Below, piece after piece: positions 11,088 to 50,599 of a stretch of 64,000 bases of DNA. Both the position numbers and the translations under genes were made by a program. Numbering within the stretch: position 1 is the stretch's first letter; every line of letters starts with the position of its first letter. Origin of the DNA: Hypanus sabinus (Eukaryota); contig NC_082720.1 of assembly GCF_030144855.1 (NCBI RefSeq), positions 44,020,001 through 44,084,000 of the forward strand. Direction: 5' to 3'. The notes below the pieces were generated by a model. The model worked only from the letters and a program-made list of their open reading frames with translations. It searched no databases and was not told where the DNA came from.

Positions 11088-14000
11088 GTGGCCAATCTGG
11101 ACATTGGAAGTTTGGAGAGGAGTGGACTTCAATGAGGTCTGCTGTATGAGGATAAGAGGTAGGAGCAGGTTGCAGAAGCGTAAAAGAGATTTGACCAGCA
11201 ACCAATTAGTATTTGGGATTGATCAGCAACAGCAAATTAAAGGAAAGCGGGGCAAGCATATCAACCATCATTGCATTGGCTGTCATCTGAGTGGACATAG
11301 TCAGAGTGGTGATCTTTAACGTTTTAGCTCTTTGATGCTTCAGCCCAGAGAGGGTTCACTCAGAGAAAGCAATGAAAAGAAAAGCTCCATTTTTTTTGCA
11401 TTCCCTTCTTTCTAACTGCTCAGCCAGTACAGTACGCATGACAGGCAGGACAGTGAAATGCTCCTCTTGCGGGATGTGGGAAGGCAGGGAGACCTCAAGT
11501 GTCCCTGATGACTATAAATGCAGGAAGTGTGTCCAGCTACAGCTTCTAAAAAACTGCATTAAGGAGTTGGAGCTGGGACTGAATGAACTCCGGATTCGGA
11601 AAACTGAAGGGGTGATAGGACATATTGGGAGGTAGCTATACCCAAGGTGCAGGACACAGGAAACTAGGTGACAGTCAGGAAGGGGAAAAGGGTTAAGGAG
11701 CCAATGTGACCATTCCCCTTAATGACAGGTATATCACTTTGGATACTGTCAGGGGGATTACGTAACAGAGCAAAGTTGCAGTAGGTGTGCCTCTGGCGCT
11801 GAGTCTGCCTCTATGACTGAGAAGGGTAGGAGGGAGAAGGGGCATGCTGCATTGATAGGGGATTCATTAGTTAGGGGAACGGATAGGAGGTTCTGTGGCT
11901 GAGAACGAGATTCCCGGATGGCATGTTGTCTCCCAGGGATAACTCGGATAGAGTCCTCAGCTTCTTTAGTGGCAGGTGAACAGCCAGAAGTCAAGGTCCA
12001 TGTAGGTACCAATGACATGGGTAAGACAAGTGACGAGGCTCTGCACTGGGTGTTTAGGGAGTTTTAGGTGCAAAGCTAAAGTGCAGGACCTCCAGGGTTG
12101 TGACCTCAGGATTGCTGACCATGCCACATGCTAATGAGGCCAGAACTAGGAAGATTACACAGTTTAATATGCAGTTGAGGAGTTGGTGTAGGAGAGAGGC
12201 TTAAGATTTTTGGATCTGTGGGCTCTCTTCCAGGGAAGGTGGGATCTGTACAGAAAGGACAGTTTTCACCTGAACTGGTGGGGGACTAATATCCGAGCAG
12301 GAAGGTTTGCTAATGCTGCACAGTGGGGTTTAAACTAGATTTGCACGGGGATGAGAACCAGAGTGACCTAAGCTGCAAGAGGCATCGTGGGTAAGGCCAA
12401 TAATTGTGCTGAAGATGAGGTAGCTGGTAGGCAAATAAAGGCAATGAGTAGTAAGGAGAGGCTGTTGATTGCAGTCAACAGGATGAGTTACAATATAAAA
12501 GGTGGACAAAATAGAAAAGGGTGAATACAAGACTGAAGGTGTTATATTTGAATGCACGCAGTATACGGAATAAGGTAGATGAACTTGCCGCACAGTTGCA
12601 GATTGAAAGGTATGGTGTAGGCTTCACTGAATCATGGTTGAAAGAAGAGTATAGCTGGGAACTTCATATCCAAGGATACACATTGTATCGAAACGACAGG
12701 CAGGCAGGCAGCGGACGTGGCATTATTCTGTTGGTAAAAAATGAAATTAAGTCATTAGAAAGCAGTGATATATGGTCTGAAAGTGTTGAATCACTGTGGA
12801 TAGAGCTAAGGAACTGCAAGGGTACAAAGACCCTGATGGGAGTTATTTACAGAGACCTAAACTGATTAAGAATTTTGCATCAGTCTTCATGGTGGAAGAC
12901 TCTAGCAGTATGGTGGAAGTTCAGGTATCAGAGGTCACAAAATGTGTGAAGTTACCATAACTAGAGAGAAGGCTTTTGGGAAGCTGAAATGTCTGAAGGT
13001 AGATAAGGCACTTAGACCAGATAGCATACATCCCAGAGTTCTGAAATAGGTGGCTGAAAAGATCATGGAGGCATTAGTATTGATCTTTCAAGAAGCACTA
13101 GATTCTAGAATGGTTGCAGAAGACTGGAAAATTGCAAATGTAGGGAAGAGGCTGAAGGAAGAAAACTATAGGCCAGTTAGTCTGACCTCAGTGGTTGGGA
13201 AGATGTTGAAGTCAATTGTTAGGGATGAGTTCTCAGGGTACTTGGTGGCACATGTTAAAATAGGCCGTAGACAGCATAGTTTCCTCAAGGGAAGATCTTG
13301 CCTGGCAAATCTGTTGGAAGTTGAATCTTTGAAGAAATAATGAGCAGGATAGACAATGGAGAATCAATTGATGTTGTGTATTTGGATTTTCATAAGGCCT
13401 TGACAAGATGCCACTCATGAGGCTGCTTAACAAGCTATGAGCCCATGGTATTACAGGAAAGATTCTAGCTTGGTTAAAGCAGTAGCTGATTGGCAGGAGG
13501 CAAAGAATGGGAATAAAAGAAATATTTTCTTGTTGGGGGCTGGTGACTAGTGGTGTTACAATGCAGTCTGTGTTGGGACTGATTCTTTTTATGTTCTATG
13601 TCAATGATTTGGATGATGGAGTTGATGGCTTTGTTCCGAAGTTTGCAGATGATATGATAGGTGGAGGGGCAGGTAGCTTTAAGGAGGCAGAGAGGCTACA
13701 GAAAGACTTAGATAGATTAAGAGAATGGGTAAGGAATCGGCAGATCTAATACAGTATCAGGAAGTGGGAATGGTCATGCAGTTTGGTAGAAGAAATTAAA
13801 GGGTTGACTTTTTTAAATGGAGAGAAAATACAAAAACTGAGGTGCAAAGGGACTTGGGAGTGCTGGTGCAAGATTTCCTTGTTAATTTGCAGGTTCAGTC
13901 TGTGGTGAGGAAGGCAAATGTAATGTTAGCATTCATTTCAAGAGGAATAGAATATAAAAGGATGTAATACTGAGACTTTACAAAGTACTTCTGAGGCCTT

Positions 14001-14566
14001 ACTTGAAGTATTGTGAGCAGTTTTAGGACCTTTATCTTAGAAAGGATATGCTGGAACTGGAAGGGTTCAAAGAAGGTTCACAAAAATAATTATTCCAGGA
14101 TTGAATGGCTTATCACTTGAAGAGTGCCTGATGGCTCTGGGCCTGAATTCTCTGGAATTCAGAAGAATGAGGGGTGTCCTCACTGAAACCTATTGAATGC
14201 TGAAAGGCCTTGATAGAGTGGATGTGGAGAGGATGTTTCCCATGGTGGGAGAGTCTAAGTCCGGGGGACATAGCAACTCAAAATCAAGGGGCGTCCTTTT
14301 AGAATGGAGATGAGGAGGAATGTCTTTAGCCAGAGAGTGTTGAATCTATGGAATTATTTGCCACACACAGCTGTGGAGGCTAATTCTTTATGTATATTTA
14401 AGGAACAGGTTGATATATTTTTGATTGCTGAGGGCACGAAGGGATGCAGGGAGAAGGCAAGGGATTAGAGCTGAGAGGAAAATTGGATCAGCCATAATGA
14501 ATTTATGGAGCATACTCAATGGACCAACTGGTATAATTCTGCTCCAATATGTTATGGCCTTATGGT
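11088..14566 (+). mobile_element. Near full-length CR1 LINE (ORF1 zinc finger and esterase; ORF2 APE-RT with internal deletion), nested in Gypsy pol
   Basis: ORF1 CSSCGMW..CRKC and LIGDSLVRG. APE LYLNARSIRNK. RT NYRPVSLTSVVGK and KFADD. CR1 3' UTR ending in a TATGG repeat. TSD-like CTTTRACCA at 11079-11087 and 14567-14575. Confidence 0.9.
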
Positions 14567-14817
14567 CTTTAACCACTTTAATTTTGCCCTGACTGGGGTT
14601 AAAGAACCAGAAGCCTGATGTTTTATCCCGTCAGTTCAATGAACCCAAACAAGAGGAGCAGCCTCCCACCATTTTGCCACAAGCCAATGTGATAGTGCCA
14701 ATTCACTGGGGAATTGACACTCTTGTTCACAAGGGCCAGATGCAAGGTGAGATTCCTTGGAACAGCCCTCCGGGTCAGATGTTCGTTCCAAGTTCTGTCC
14801 TGTCTCAGGTTTTTGAA

Positions 14818-14975
14818 TAAGAACACAAAAACATAAGAAATAGGAGTAGGGATAGGCCATCTGGCCCACTGAGCCTGCTCTGCCATTCAATAAGATCATG
14901 GCTGATCTGACCATGGACTCATCTCCTCCTACCAGCCTTTTCCCCATAACCGTTAATCCCCCATCTATGCAAAAT
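14818..14975 (-). mobile_element. CR1 3' end fragment in the Gypsy integrase region
   Basis: Reverse-complement CR1 3' UTR hairpin and tail (ataagaaataggagtaggg...gatcatggctgatct). Confidence 0.7.
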
Positions 14976-15539
14976 ATAGGGACATGCATTGAGAATGACC
15001 ACTCATCCAGTGATTGCCAAGACCACTGAGTTCATTAAAAGATAGTGGTGGCCTGGAATGGAGAGCAAGGTCCGTCAATACGTGCAGGCATGTGACGTGA
15101 ACGCCTGGAATGAGGAGCCCCGCACCCAACCTTAAGGGCTCCTTGACCCTCTGCCTGTTCTTGACAGACCATAGGTGTACATCTCCATGGACTTGGTCAC
15201 TGGTCTTCCTCCTTCCAAGGGGACGACCATATCATGGTAATTGTCAATCATTTTTCAAAAGCCTGCAAATTTATCGCCTTGAACAGACTACCATCTGAGG
15301 CAGTGATAGCTGAAATTGTCCTGCACCGGGTATTCAAGATCAATGATTTTCTGTTGGACGTTGTGTCGGATCATGGTCTGCAATTCGTGTCACATTTTTG
15401 GAGGGCATTCCGTAATCTGGGGCAACAGCGAGTCTTTCCTCTGGGTTTCACCTACAGTCCAACGGCCAGCTGGAGCGGGTGAACCAAGATTTGGAACAAA
15501 CCCTTTGGTACATGGTTCTCTGAAAGACCGGATGGTTAG

Positions 15540-16045
15540 AGGAGGATCTCAGCAGGCCAGGCAGCACCAAAATGAAAAAATACAGTCGATGTTTCCAGCA
15601 GTACCGACTGTACTTTCTCCTGCCGTCTGGGAAAAGGCACCAAAGCATTCGGGCTCTCACAACCAGACTATGTAACAGTTTCTTCCCCCAAGCTATCAGA
15701 CTCCTCGATACCCAGAGCCTGGACTGACACCCTATTGTCTTATTTATTATATATTGTAATACTTGCAGTGTTTTGTGCACTTTATGCAGTCTTGGGTAGG
15801 TCTGTAGTCTAGTATAGTTTTTTCCCGTGTTGTTTTTTTACGCAGTTCAGTCTAGTTTTTGTACTGTGTCATGTAACACCATGGTCCTGAAAAAACATTG
15901 TCTCATTTTTACTATGTACTGTACCAGCAGTTATGATTGAAATGACATTAAAAGTGACTTGACTTGACTTTCTATAGCTGTTGCCTAGCCTATAAGTTCT
16001 TCCAGCATGTTATGTGTTTTGATTGGATTTCCAGCATCTGCAGAT
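15540..16045. mobile_element. Penelope hairpin fragment interrupted by a Rex1/L2-type LINE 3' end with (GACTT)n tail
   Basis: Penelope terminal sequence at about 15545-15600 and 15970-16043. The inner LINE end encodes LPSGKR..SIRALTTRLCNSFFPQAIRLL and has a GACTT tail at about 15955-15970. Confidence 0.7.
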
Positions 16046-17267
16046 GGATAGTATTATCATTTGATATGGCAGATCTCACCCACAACACTTTACAGCATTC
16101 AGCACATGGGATGTCCCTTTTCATATGCCAAATTGGGTATTCTCCATCACTCTTCCTTGAGTAAGGGGTGGATGTTGAGTTTCTTCAGGCTGAAGATCTA
16201 TTCTGAAGCTACAAGGAGAAACTGACTAGGATGAGGGAAATTTTCCTAGTTTCTACCTGGAAGGCTGAAATAAAGACTAACCACAAGAAAATACGTGGAA
16301 ATGGGCAACAGGTCTGGCTGTCAACTCAAGATTTGCCTCTTTGATTAGAGTCCAGGAAACAGGTATTCAAATTCATCGGATCCTTCAAGATTCCCAGGAA
16401 AGTAAACCTGGTGGCTTACATATTGCAGCTACCCAAGACCCTCAACGTCAACCCCTCATTCCACACTTCAAGATTAAAACCTGTGAACACCTGCCCTTTT
16501 GCCCCACCACTGCCCAGGTTTGTCGATGGGGAACAGGTCTTCACTATGAGAAGAATTTTGGATTCACAGTTCGGGGTGTTCAGAAGTTCCTCATAGACTG
16601 GGAAGGATTTGGACCCAAGGAATGGTGCTGAGTTCCTGAAAGGGACATCTTGGATCTGGTTCTCATCCATAACTAAAATCATTGCGTCTCTGAGCAGCCA
16701 GGGTCTTCAGGAGTTGGCCATAAGGGAAGGGGTCCTGTTATGATAGACACACACAGCTTCTGGGGCTTAAACTCTCTGGAATATGCATAGCTGGAACAGC
16801 CCCTTTAAAGATTCAGGATGTCCCACTAATTGGCAATCATGTTCTGGACGCCAAGAATTGAGTATTTAAAGAGACCTGAAAGGATCCTCAATCATAATCA
16901 TAAGCCTAACCATCTCATGTTTTGTTTTGTGCTTAGTTCTTGATCCAGTTTTATTCCAAGTCTCGATCCTAGCCTCCGATACTCCAGCACGTGGATTCAG
17001 ACCATCCTCATCAAGGTCTCTCTTCGCACAGGGAGAAGGCAGGAGAATGGGGTAGAGAGGAATATTAAATCAATCATCAATGAATGGTGGAAGACTCAAT
17101 GGGCCAAATGGCCTAATTCTGCTCCTGAGTCTGATGGTTTTATGTCTTATGTTGAGAATGGGAAAAGATATGGTGTTAATGTGTAGATGGAAACCTATAA
17201 GGACATTGATGTTGATGCTGAAGTGGGATAAAGAATCATTTAAGACATGAAAAACATTCCAGGTCAG

Positions 17268-17585
17268 CAATATGGCATAGCTAGTGGAGCCACTACTTCA
17301 CAACGTCAGTGATTCACGTTTGATCATGACCTCAGTCACTGTCTGTAGGAAGTTTATATGTTCTTCTTGTGACCATGTAGATTTTCACCCCCAGGTGCTC
17401 TAGTTTATTCCCACTGTCCAAGATGTGCAGATTGAAGAGTTAATTGGATTTTGTGAATTACTCCTGGATAAGTTTTAGTCGCTTGGTAGGGTTTATGGGA
17501 ATGTGAGATTAGGTTAGTTTAGGACCAGTATAAATGGTTGTCACAGACCTGGTTCGCTCAAGGGCCCATTTCCTGCTGCATGATT
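17268..17585 (+). mobile_element. tRNA-derived V-SINE (HE1-like), degenerate
   Basis: tRNA-like head followed by the central domain gtctgtaggaagtttatatgttct...ccaggtgctctagtttattcccac. Confidence 0.55.
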
Positions 17586-19271
17586 CAAAATATGCATCTT
17601 ATGAATGTTGAAGTAAACTCAACACATACCAGGAATTGATTTTAAATGAGAGAAGCAGTGGCAGGTGAAATCATCTCCTGATCAGCATAGCGTAATGTGC
17701 TTTGAATCAGAATCAGGTTCATTATCAATGTTGTATATCATGAAATTTGTTGTTTTGCAATACATAAAAATACAATAAATTAAAATAATGAATATAAAAA
17801 ATACCCAGTGCAAAAAGAAAGTAAAATAGTGAGGTAGTGTTCATTGACCGTTCAAAAAATGATCGTGGAGAGGAATAAGCTGTTCCTAAAACATTGTCTG
17901 TGCATCTTCATGTTCCTGTACTTCCTCCCTGAAGGTTGTAATGACTAATAAGGACAGAACATATGCATAATGGCTTTCTGAGAATCCGTGGGATTATCAA
18001 AGAATGGAGAGATCTTGATATTCAAAGTTTATGAACCCTGAAGCTGGCTAGGGGGTGGGGAGGATCAGATCCGCTGAAGCTATATGGATACCAGACTTCA
18101 TTCAGCATAGAATATGAGTAGGAATAATATAGAACAGTTTTATAATATATTAATAACATATTAAAAGGCTACAACTGGAGTATAGTATGCATTTGTTAAT
18201 CAGTTACTTGTGTATAGGATTAGTGGACGTGGATAATAAATGGTCAATACGGATATGTCTGCTTCTGCGCTGTAAGACTCAATGACTACCTACAGCAAAA
18301 GCACAACTATCAACATTCAGTGTTGAATGACTTTGAAGATTCAAAAATCCCATCATTTACACCATGGGGATAATTGACCAGAAATTTAGTTGGAGAGACC
18401 ACATATATACAATAAAACTAGGTTGAAGCTTAGATGTCCTGTATGTTCTGACAGCCCAAAATTTATGTACAATCCACAAACTGAAGCATCGCCTTTATCC
18501 TGCATGAGTGCAATTCAGACAAAGTTCAAGAAGCTAAATATTATCCAGGTTAATATTTCCCACACATTTAATGTTTGATATCCAAACCTAAACATTAATT
18601 CCTTCCACTACTGATGCAGTGTTGCAACGACAATCTATAAGATGCCCTCGCCAGGATTAAGATACTTGAAAAAACTACCTGTAAATTCCCTTCTGAATGC
18701 TGGCTTAGAAATACACTGCTGTGCCTTCACTGTAATTGGCTCAAAATCTTACATTCTGACAGCACTGTGTGCAGAATATGAGACTAAAACCTTGGGAGCA
18801 ATTAGAGATTGACAACAAATGGTATCATGCCAGTGATGCTCATATATTGCCAAAGAATATAAAAAATATAGAATTTGCGGCAATAATACATTACATAGAA
18901 ACCACAGCATAAAAAAGTCATGCGGCCCATCAGTTTGTGCTCTCTCACATGTACCTCTGCATATCCTGCTTCACGTAACAATATCGTCACAAGCTCTGTT
19001 TTTACTTCTTTTTGTGGTTAAGTAGTTGCCTCCTGCTTGCAGTATTATTCTCTGTAACCAGCCTGTGGCAGGAAACTCTATAGAAAATAAATTTATCTGA
19101 AATCCAAAATACCCCACTAGATTTATTATTGTTTACATTGTGTTTACACCCTTAGTTTTGGAACATAATGAAGTTGATAATAAAAAAAATCCAGCAAATA
19201 ATTAATCAGCAATGATTTAAAGATATTGGTTAGACATGAAATTTCATTGACTTGTACAATTTGAAAAAAGC

Positions 19272-19354
19272 TTTATTATTGTTTATGACATCACGTAATA
19301 TCTACTTTTGCCTCAATACCATATATTAGTTGACCATCCACAGCATACTTTATT
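19272..19354 (-). terminator. Candidate STING1 polyadenylation signals (AATAAA)
   Basis: TTTATT on the plus strand at 19349-19354 and 19272-19277, about 215-295 nt downstream of the stop codon. Confidence 0.45.
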
Positions 19355-19567
19355 CATAAAATAAACAATAAGATAAGGCTCCTGGAAGTTATGAAGAAGC
19401 ACGGTTGGAATTCTTCAATTTGTGTGTTTGGTTAAAAAAGATATACAATTCTTTAAGATCTGAATGGAAGTCTATGAGGTATTGCTTCCACTGCTTTTTG
19501 ATCACCTGTTAAACTGAAATTCCGATGATGATGACAAAACATGCAGAGAGAAAATGGACAACATTTA

Positions 19568-45521
<25,954 letters not shown>

Positions 45522-46022
45522 CTGTGGGGAAAAAAGAAACAGAAATAGTAAATACCAGTAGCTACAAAGTTAAAAATTATGCATCTATAGAAGTATAAAA
45601 TGTATTAAAAAAAAACACAACATAATGAGAAAAGTGATTTGACTCATTAGATCCTCCATTCAGAAATATCTAGTATGTAAGTGGATTTTAAATGATTCCT
45701 TCATCAGCCCTCCTCTACCCCAAACATCTCTGCTTCTATTAACCACTCTTCTGGTTGTTCTGAATTTTGTGTAATTGTGTGAATTGGGTGACAGCAAAAT
45801 GGTCTAAAATGTATTTCTTTTTAACTTCTATGACCGTCATGATATACATTGGTCCCAGATTCAACTTGGACAAACAAACAAATAATTTTAATTTAATACT
45901 GTCGCACAGTCATGATCCATTTTCAAAATTAAGATTAAGATTAATTGGTGCCACTCTTCATAAATTGCCATTTTAGCAGAGTCTTTAACTTCTACTTTGA
46001 CAGTTTAATTTAAAGGAATTAC

Positions 46023-48497
46023 TGTAGCGGTGTGCTACACACAGCGCTGAAATAATGACACGTAGTCGATGAGCTGCAGTTGCAAAAGAGATTTATTCGA
46101 ACTTCGTGGCCTCGCTTTAAAGCCTTCCTGATCCCGCACTCCCCAGGCGGGAATGCTGTAGGGGGCACGTATTCACAGTCCCGTCCCGCGCGCGGGCTTT
46201 TCCCCTTGCTGGTGAAGCAGACTTGGTGCCCTTTTTGGGACTGGCCTCAATGCCGGCGCGCGCTGATTTGTGAGCCGGTTCGAGTGCGCTGGGAAGTGGG
46301 TCGTCACATAACCCCCCCCCCCCCCCAGAACCGGTGATATACCCCCCAATGTCCACAGTCTGGGCCGGACTCTGTTTGGGAGGGCTGCCTCTGCGCCGCG
46401 GTGCCGGAATCTCGACCAGCTGCGTCAAGTCCACATGGGCCAGTTTGAGTCGGTCCACTGTGAAAGCCTCCTCTCTCCCCCCAATGTCCAGCACGAATGT
46501 GGACCCATTGTTTCTGATCACTGTAAACGGCCCCTCGTAGGGCCGCTGTAGCCGTGCCCGATGTCCACCCCGTCGTACAAAAACGAACTTACAGTTTAGC
46601 AGGTCTTTGGGTACGCAGGTCGGGTTCTACCCATGCTGCGAAGTGGGTATGGGGGCCAGGTTGCCCAGCCTCTCGCGTGGTCTGCCCAGGACTGCTGCGG
46701 GTTCTTCCTCTTGCCCCCTTAGGGCTGGTATGAACACCCCTGGGATGGCCAGGGGTGCGCTGTACACCAACTCGGCCGACGAGGTGTGCAGATCTTCCTT
46801 GGGCGCTGTGCGAATTCCGAGCAGGACCCAGGGAAGCTCGTCCACCCAGTTAGGTCCTCTCAGGCGGGCCATGAGAGCCGACTTCAGGTGACGGTGGAAA
46901 CGCTCCACCAGTCCGTTCGACTGTGGGTGGTAGGCAGTTGTGTGGTGCAGCTGTGTCCCCAAAAGGCTGGCCATAGCTGACCACAGGCTGGAGGTGAACT
47001 GGGTGGGCCCATGGGCTGTTGGACCGCCGTATGATCCCCGCAATTCCTCCATCCTCTTGAACTCCTCCTTCGCCAGTTGGAGCTTGTCCGGGGGAAGCCT
47101 TCAAGTATGGGCATGGAGGGGTGGTCCCTGTGTCGGGATGTGGTGCTGTACACCATGTCTGGGCATGGCTGCCGTGAACTGCGGTGCCAGAACCGATGGG
47201 AAATCCGCCAGGACCCTGGTGAAGTCGTTGTCGGACAGCGTGATGGAGTCGAGGTGAGGGGCCGGCAACTGGGCTTCTCCCAGGGAGAGCGTTTGAAAGT
47301 TCTCGGCGTGGACCAGCCTCTTCCTTGGCAGGTCGACCAGCAGGCTGTGAGCCCACAAAAAATCTGCGCCCAGGAGTGGTATGGCGGCCAGTGTGAAGTC
47401 CCACGTGAACCGGCTGGAGCTGAACTGTAGCCGCACCGTATGGCTGTCATAGGTCCTTACTGTGCTGCCATTTGCGGCCCTCAGGGTGGGACCCGGTGCC
47501 CTGTTGCATGTCTCGTAACTCGTCGGAGGTAAGATGCTGATCTCGGCTCCGGTGTCGATCAAAAAGCAGCGTCCCGACCGCTTGTCCCACACATACAGGG
47601 GGATATCCCGATGGCCAGTTGCTGTAGCCATCAGCGGCGGCTGGCCTTGGCGTTTCCCGGGAACTTGCAGGGCGGGCTACAGTGGCGGGCTTCTGTGTCC
47701 CACCGCTGGTGGTAGAAACACCATTGTTCGTTGGTCTCCTCACCCCTGCCTCTGGGGTTAGTGGGCTCTGCTGCCAGGCCTGGTCTGGTCTGCTGCTGGG
47801 AGCGTGGCCTGGTGATCTGTGCGACGGACGCCCCACTCTCCCTCCTTCTTGGCTTTCCGCAGCAAGTCCACCCGGGCTGCCACCTTCCGGGGGTCACTGA
47901 AATCCGCATCAGACAGCAGCAGGCGTATGTCCTTGGGCAGCTGCTCCAGGAATGCCTGCTCAAACATGAGGCAGGGCTTGTGTCCTCCGGCCAGGGACAG
48001 CATCTCGTTCATCAAAGCCAATGGCGGTCTGTCTCCCAAACCATCCAGGTGCAGTAAGTGGGCAGCTCGCTTGTGCCGTGAGAGTCCGAAAGTCCTTATG
48101 AGCAGGGCTTTGAATTCTGTGTACTTGCTGTCCACTGGGGGAGACTGTATGAACTCCTCAACCTGGGCCGCTGTGTCCTGGTACAGGGAGCTCACCACGT
48201 AACAGTAACTTGTGTCCTCTGAGGTTATCTGCCGAATGTGGAATTGGGCTTCTGCTTGCTGGAACCATTAGTGAGGTCACAGGGTCCAGAAGCTTGGCAG
48301 TTTCAATGAAACTGCATGAACAGATGCGGCGTCGTTCATCTTCGGCCCATTGTTTGTGCCGTTGGGGTCACCAATTGCAGCGGTGTGCTACACGCAGCGC
48401 TGAAATAACGACACATAGTCGATGAGCTGCAGTTGCAAAAGAGATTTATTCGAACTTTGCGGCCTCGCTTTAAAGCCTTCCTGATCCCGCCCTCCAC
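46023..48497 (-). mobile_element. Young GC/CpG-rich Gypsy LTR retrotransposon with RT/RNase H deleted, in the STING1 5' UTR intron
   Basis: 3' LTR 46023-46308 and truncated 5' LTR 48376-48497 are near-identical. PBS TGGTGACCCCAAC (about 48361-48373) is tRNA-Trp type. Poly-G PPT at about 46311-46327. Gag (WFQQAEAQF), protease FLIDTGAEISILP and integrase HTTAYHPQSNGLVERFHR. Confidence 0.93.
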
Positions 48498-49110
48498 TGT
48501 CGCTGCCTTTCTGAGACACTGCTCCGTAAGGATGTCCTGGGTACTTTGTAGGCTAGTACCAAGTTGGAGCTGACTAGATTTACCTTCTGCAGCTTCTTTT
48601 GGTCCTGTGCATTAGCCCCTTCAATACCAGACAGTGATGCAGCCTGTCAGAGTTGTCTCCATGGTATAACTATTTGAGTGTATTTGAAGTCATGCCAAAT
48701 CTCTTCAAACTCCTAATAAAGTACAGCTGCACTCTTTCCTTCTTTATAACTACATCAATATGTTGGGACCAGGATAGATCCTCAGAGATCTTGACACCCA
48801 GGAAGTTGAAGCTGCTCACTCTCTCCACTTCTGATCCCTCTATGAGGATTGGTATGTGTTCCTTCGTCTTACCCTTCCTGAAGTCCACATTCAGTTCTTT
48901 CATCTTACTGACACTGAGTGCCAGGTTGTTGCTGCGACACCATTCAACTAGTTGGCATATCTCACTCATGTACGCGCTCTCATCACCACCTGAGATTCTA
49001 CCAACAATGGTTGTATCGTCAGCAAATTTATAGATGGTATTTGAGCTACATCTAGCTACACAGTCATGTGTATATAGAGACAGTAGAGCAGTAGGCGTGC
49101 ACACACCCAA
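48498..49110 (-). mobile_element. Rex1/Babar-like LINE RT fragment
   Basis: SLYTHDCVAR..KFADDTTIVGRI and FLGVKISEDLSWSQH. Confidence 0.85.
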
Positions 49111-49181
49111 GGTGTTATTGAATTGTGATAGATGGACAGGAGGTGTAGCTTCTAGACTTAAAGAACACCAGAACTGAAAAT

Positions 49182-50117
49182 TGTTATGAGTGCTGAACAG
49201 ACCTGATGGAAATGGGGTGCGGAGTTAACCATTCCCACCCCCCCCCCCTTGAGAACTATGAACTATTGCTGATGCTATGCTGCTAATGAGAGAGAGAGAT
49301 GAAGCACAGAGGCAGGAACATCTGCTACAGATAAGAGAGAGAGAGACATTTGATTTATGTATTATGGCTTCTTCCTAGATTGTTTACCTTTCGCTACAAG
49401 GACGTTACTTTGCTTGTTAACATTCCTAAGGAGACAGCAGGAGTGGCCTGATTTGATGGACATGGTCATTTTGAGTTGATGGATGGTTAATACCCCGTCA
49501 ATGGGGATAAAAGACAGGTGTGGGAAGACACCCCTCAGACACACCAGTGGACAATGCCCGAGTGTTGTACACCCACTGGAAGGTGGGGGCTTCAAGGACT
49601 GAATCAGGAGATCGGTCAATAATGCTCACAGTGTGACATCAGGGCCGGTGGGGACTTGTGTGTCCACTCATGCCAGAGTGACGAGTCTACCACAGAAGAA
49701 CGGTCTGGCCGAGGACGGAGGGGTCATAACCGAATGACCACAACGGTATGACGGAATCAGAATACAACAGAAGGTTTGCTGGCTGCAGCTGCTCAATCTC
49801 TTGCTCGCTCGCTCTCTCTCTCCAATGATTGCAACACAACCATAACTACCTCAGCACACATGAACTGAACTGAACTCTATATTCTCCTATGACAATTCAT
49901 TTACCCCTAGACATTGATAGAGCTTCTTTATAATTGTTGATTATTATTCCTACACTTCTATGTTTATTATTGCTAACCTGTTTTATATGTATATTTGCAT
50001 TTTTGATACTGTATTGTGTAGTTTGCCAATAAACACTTTTAGTTTTTGGTCCCAACAGACTCCAACGGATTCTTCTATTTCTGCTGGTCTGTAAACCCAG
50101 TTACGGGATACGTAACA
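49182..50117 (+). mobile_element. Solo LTR (family related to the Gmr1-like element LTR)
   Basis: TGTTATG...CGTAACA with 4-bp TSD AAAT. Highly similar to 62919-63874. The 3' part matches the reverse complement of about 9283-9960. Confidence 0.9.
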
Positions 50118-50360
50118 AAATAAAAAATAAAGTATCCAAAATTCTACAAATGAAAACTACCATATATACAAAATTATTGAGAAATATTTGGAGAACTCAC
50201 CTGTCAATTTACTCTTTCTTAAATTACAATATATATTTGTCTCAGTAATTCAATATTTTAATGAATACAATATATTTTAATAAAAATAAACATTTCACAA
50301 TAGTATTATTAAAATCAATTACACAAAGCTGAACACAATAGTTGGTTTACTCTGCCTTAC

Positions 50361-50438
50361 ATCTGCTTTTATGATAGTGCAACCAAGGCACGTCACAACA
50401 ATGACCTGCGTCTGAACTCTGTGGTAAAGACAGAGTCA
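50361..50438 (-). other. Possible second 5' UTR exon of STING1
   Basis: Unique sequence bounded by tgtttttcag| and GAT|gtaagg on the minus strand. No transcript evidence is available. Confidence 0.3.
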
Positions 50439-50599
50439 CTGAAAAACATGGATGAAGCTAAACTTGAAAAACATGGATTTTGCTCTTAATGAATGGTGAT
50501 AATAAAAACAGCAAAGCAAAGCTCTATTTGGAGCATAGAGAAAGGAATAGAGCCGTTCAGAAGAGTACTCTAAATAATTCAGGTTATATTTTCTCTGTA

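Larger units (their letters stand above)
3701..17030 (+). mobile_element. Ty3/Gypsy chromovirus (Sushi-like) LTR retrotransposon, degenerate, with several nested insertions
   Basis: LTRs at 3701-4017 and 16736-17030 (TG..CA, clearly homologous but diverged), PPT at about 16722-16735. Gag (EKFDGDP, CYYYSEAGH), protease-like segment at about 5080, RT ([25 protein letters not shown]), RNase H (NYDIGNRELL), integrase (VVSDHGLQFVSHFW) and chromodomain (FLIDWEGFGPKE). Confidence 0.92.

Noticed and set aside
50195-50220. Additional STING 5' UTR micro-exon (donor CAG|gtgagt)
   Set aside because: No convincing polypyrimidine tract or acceptor nearby, so it cannot be supported without transcripts.
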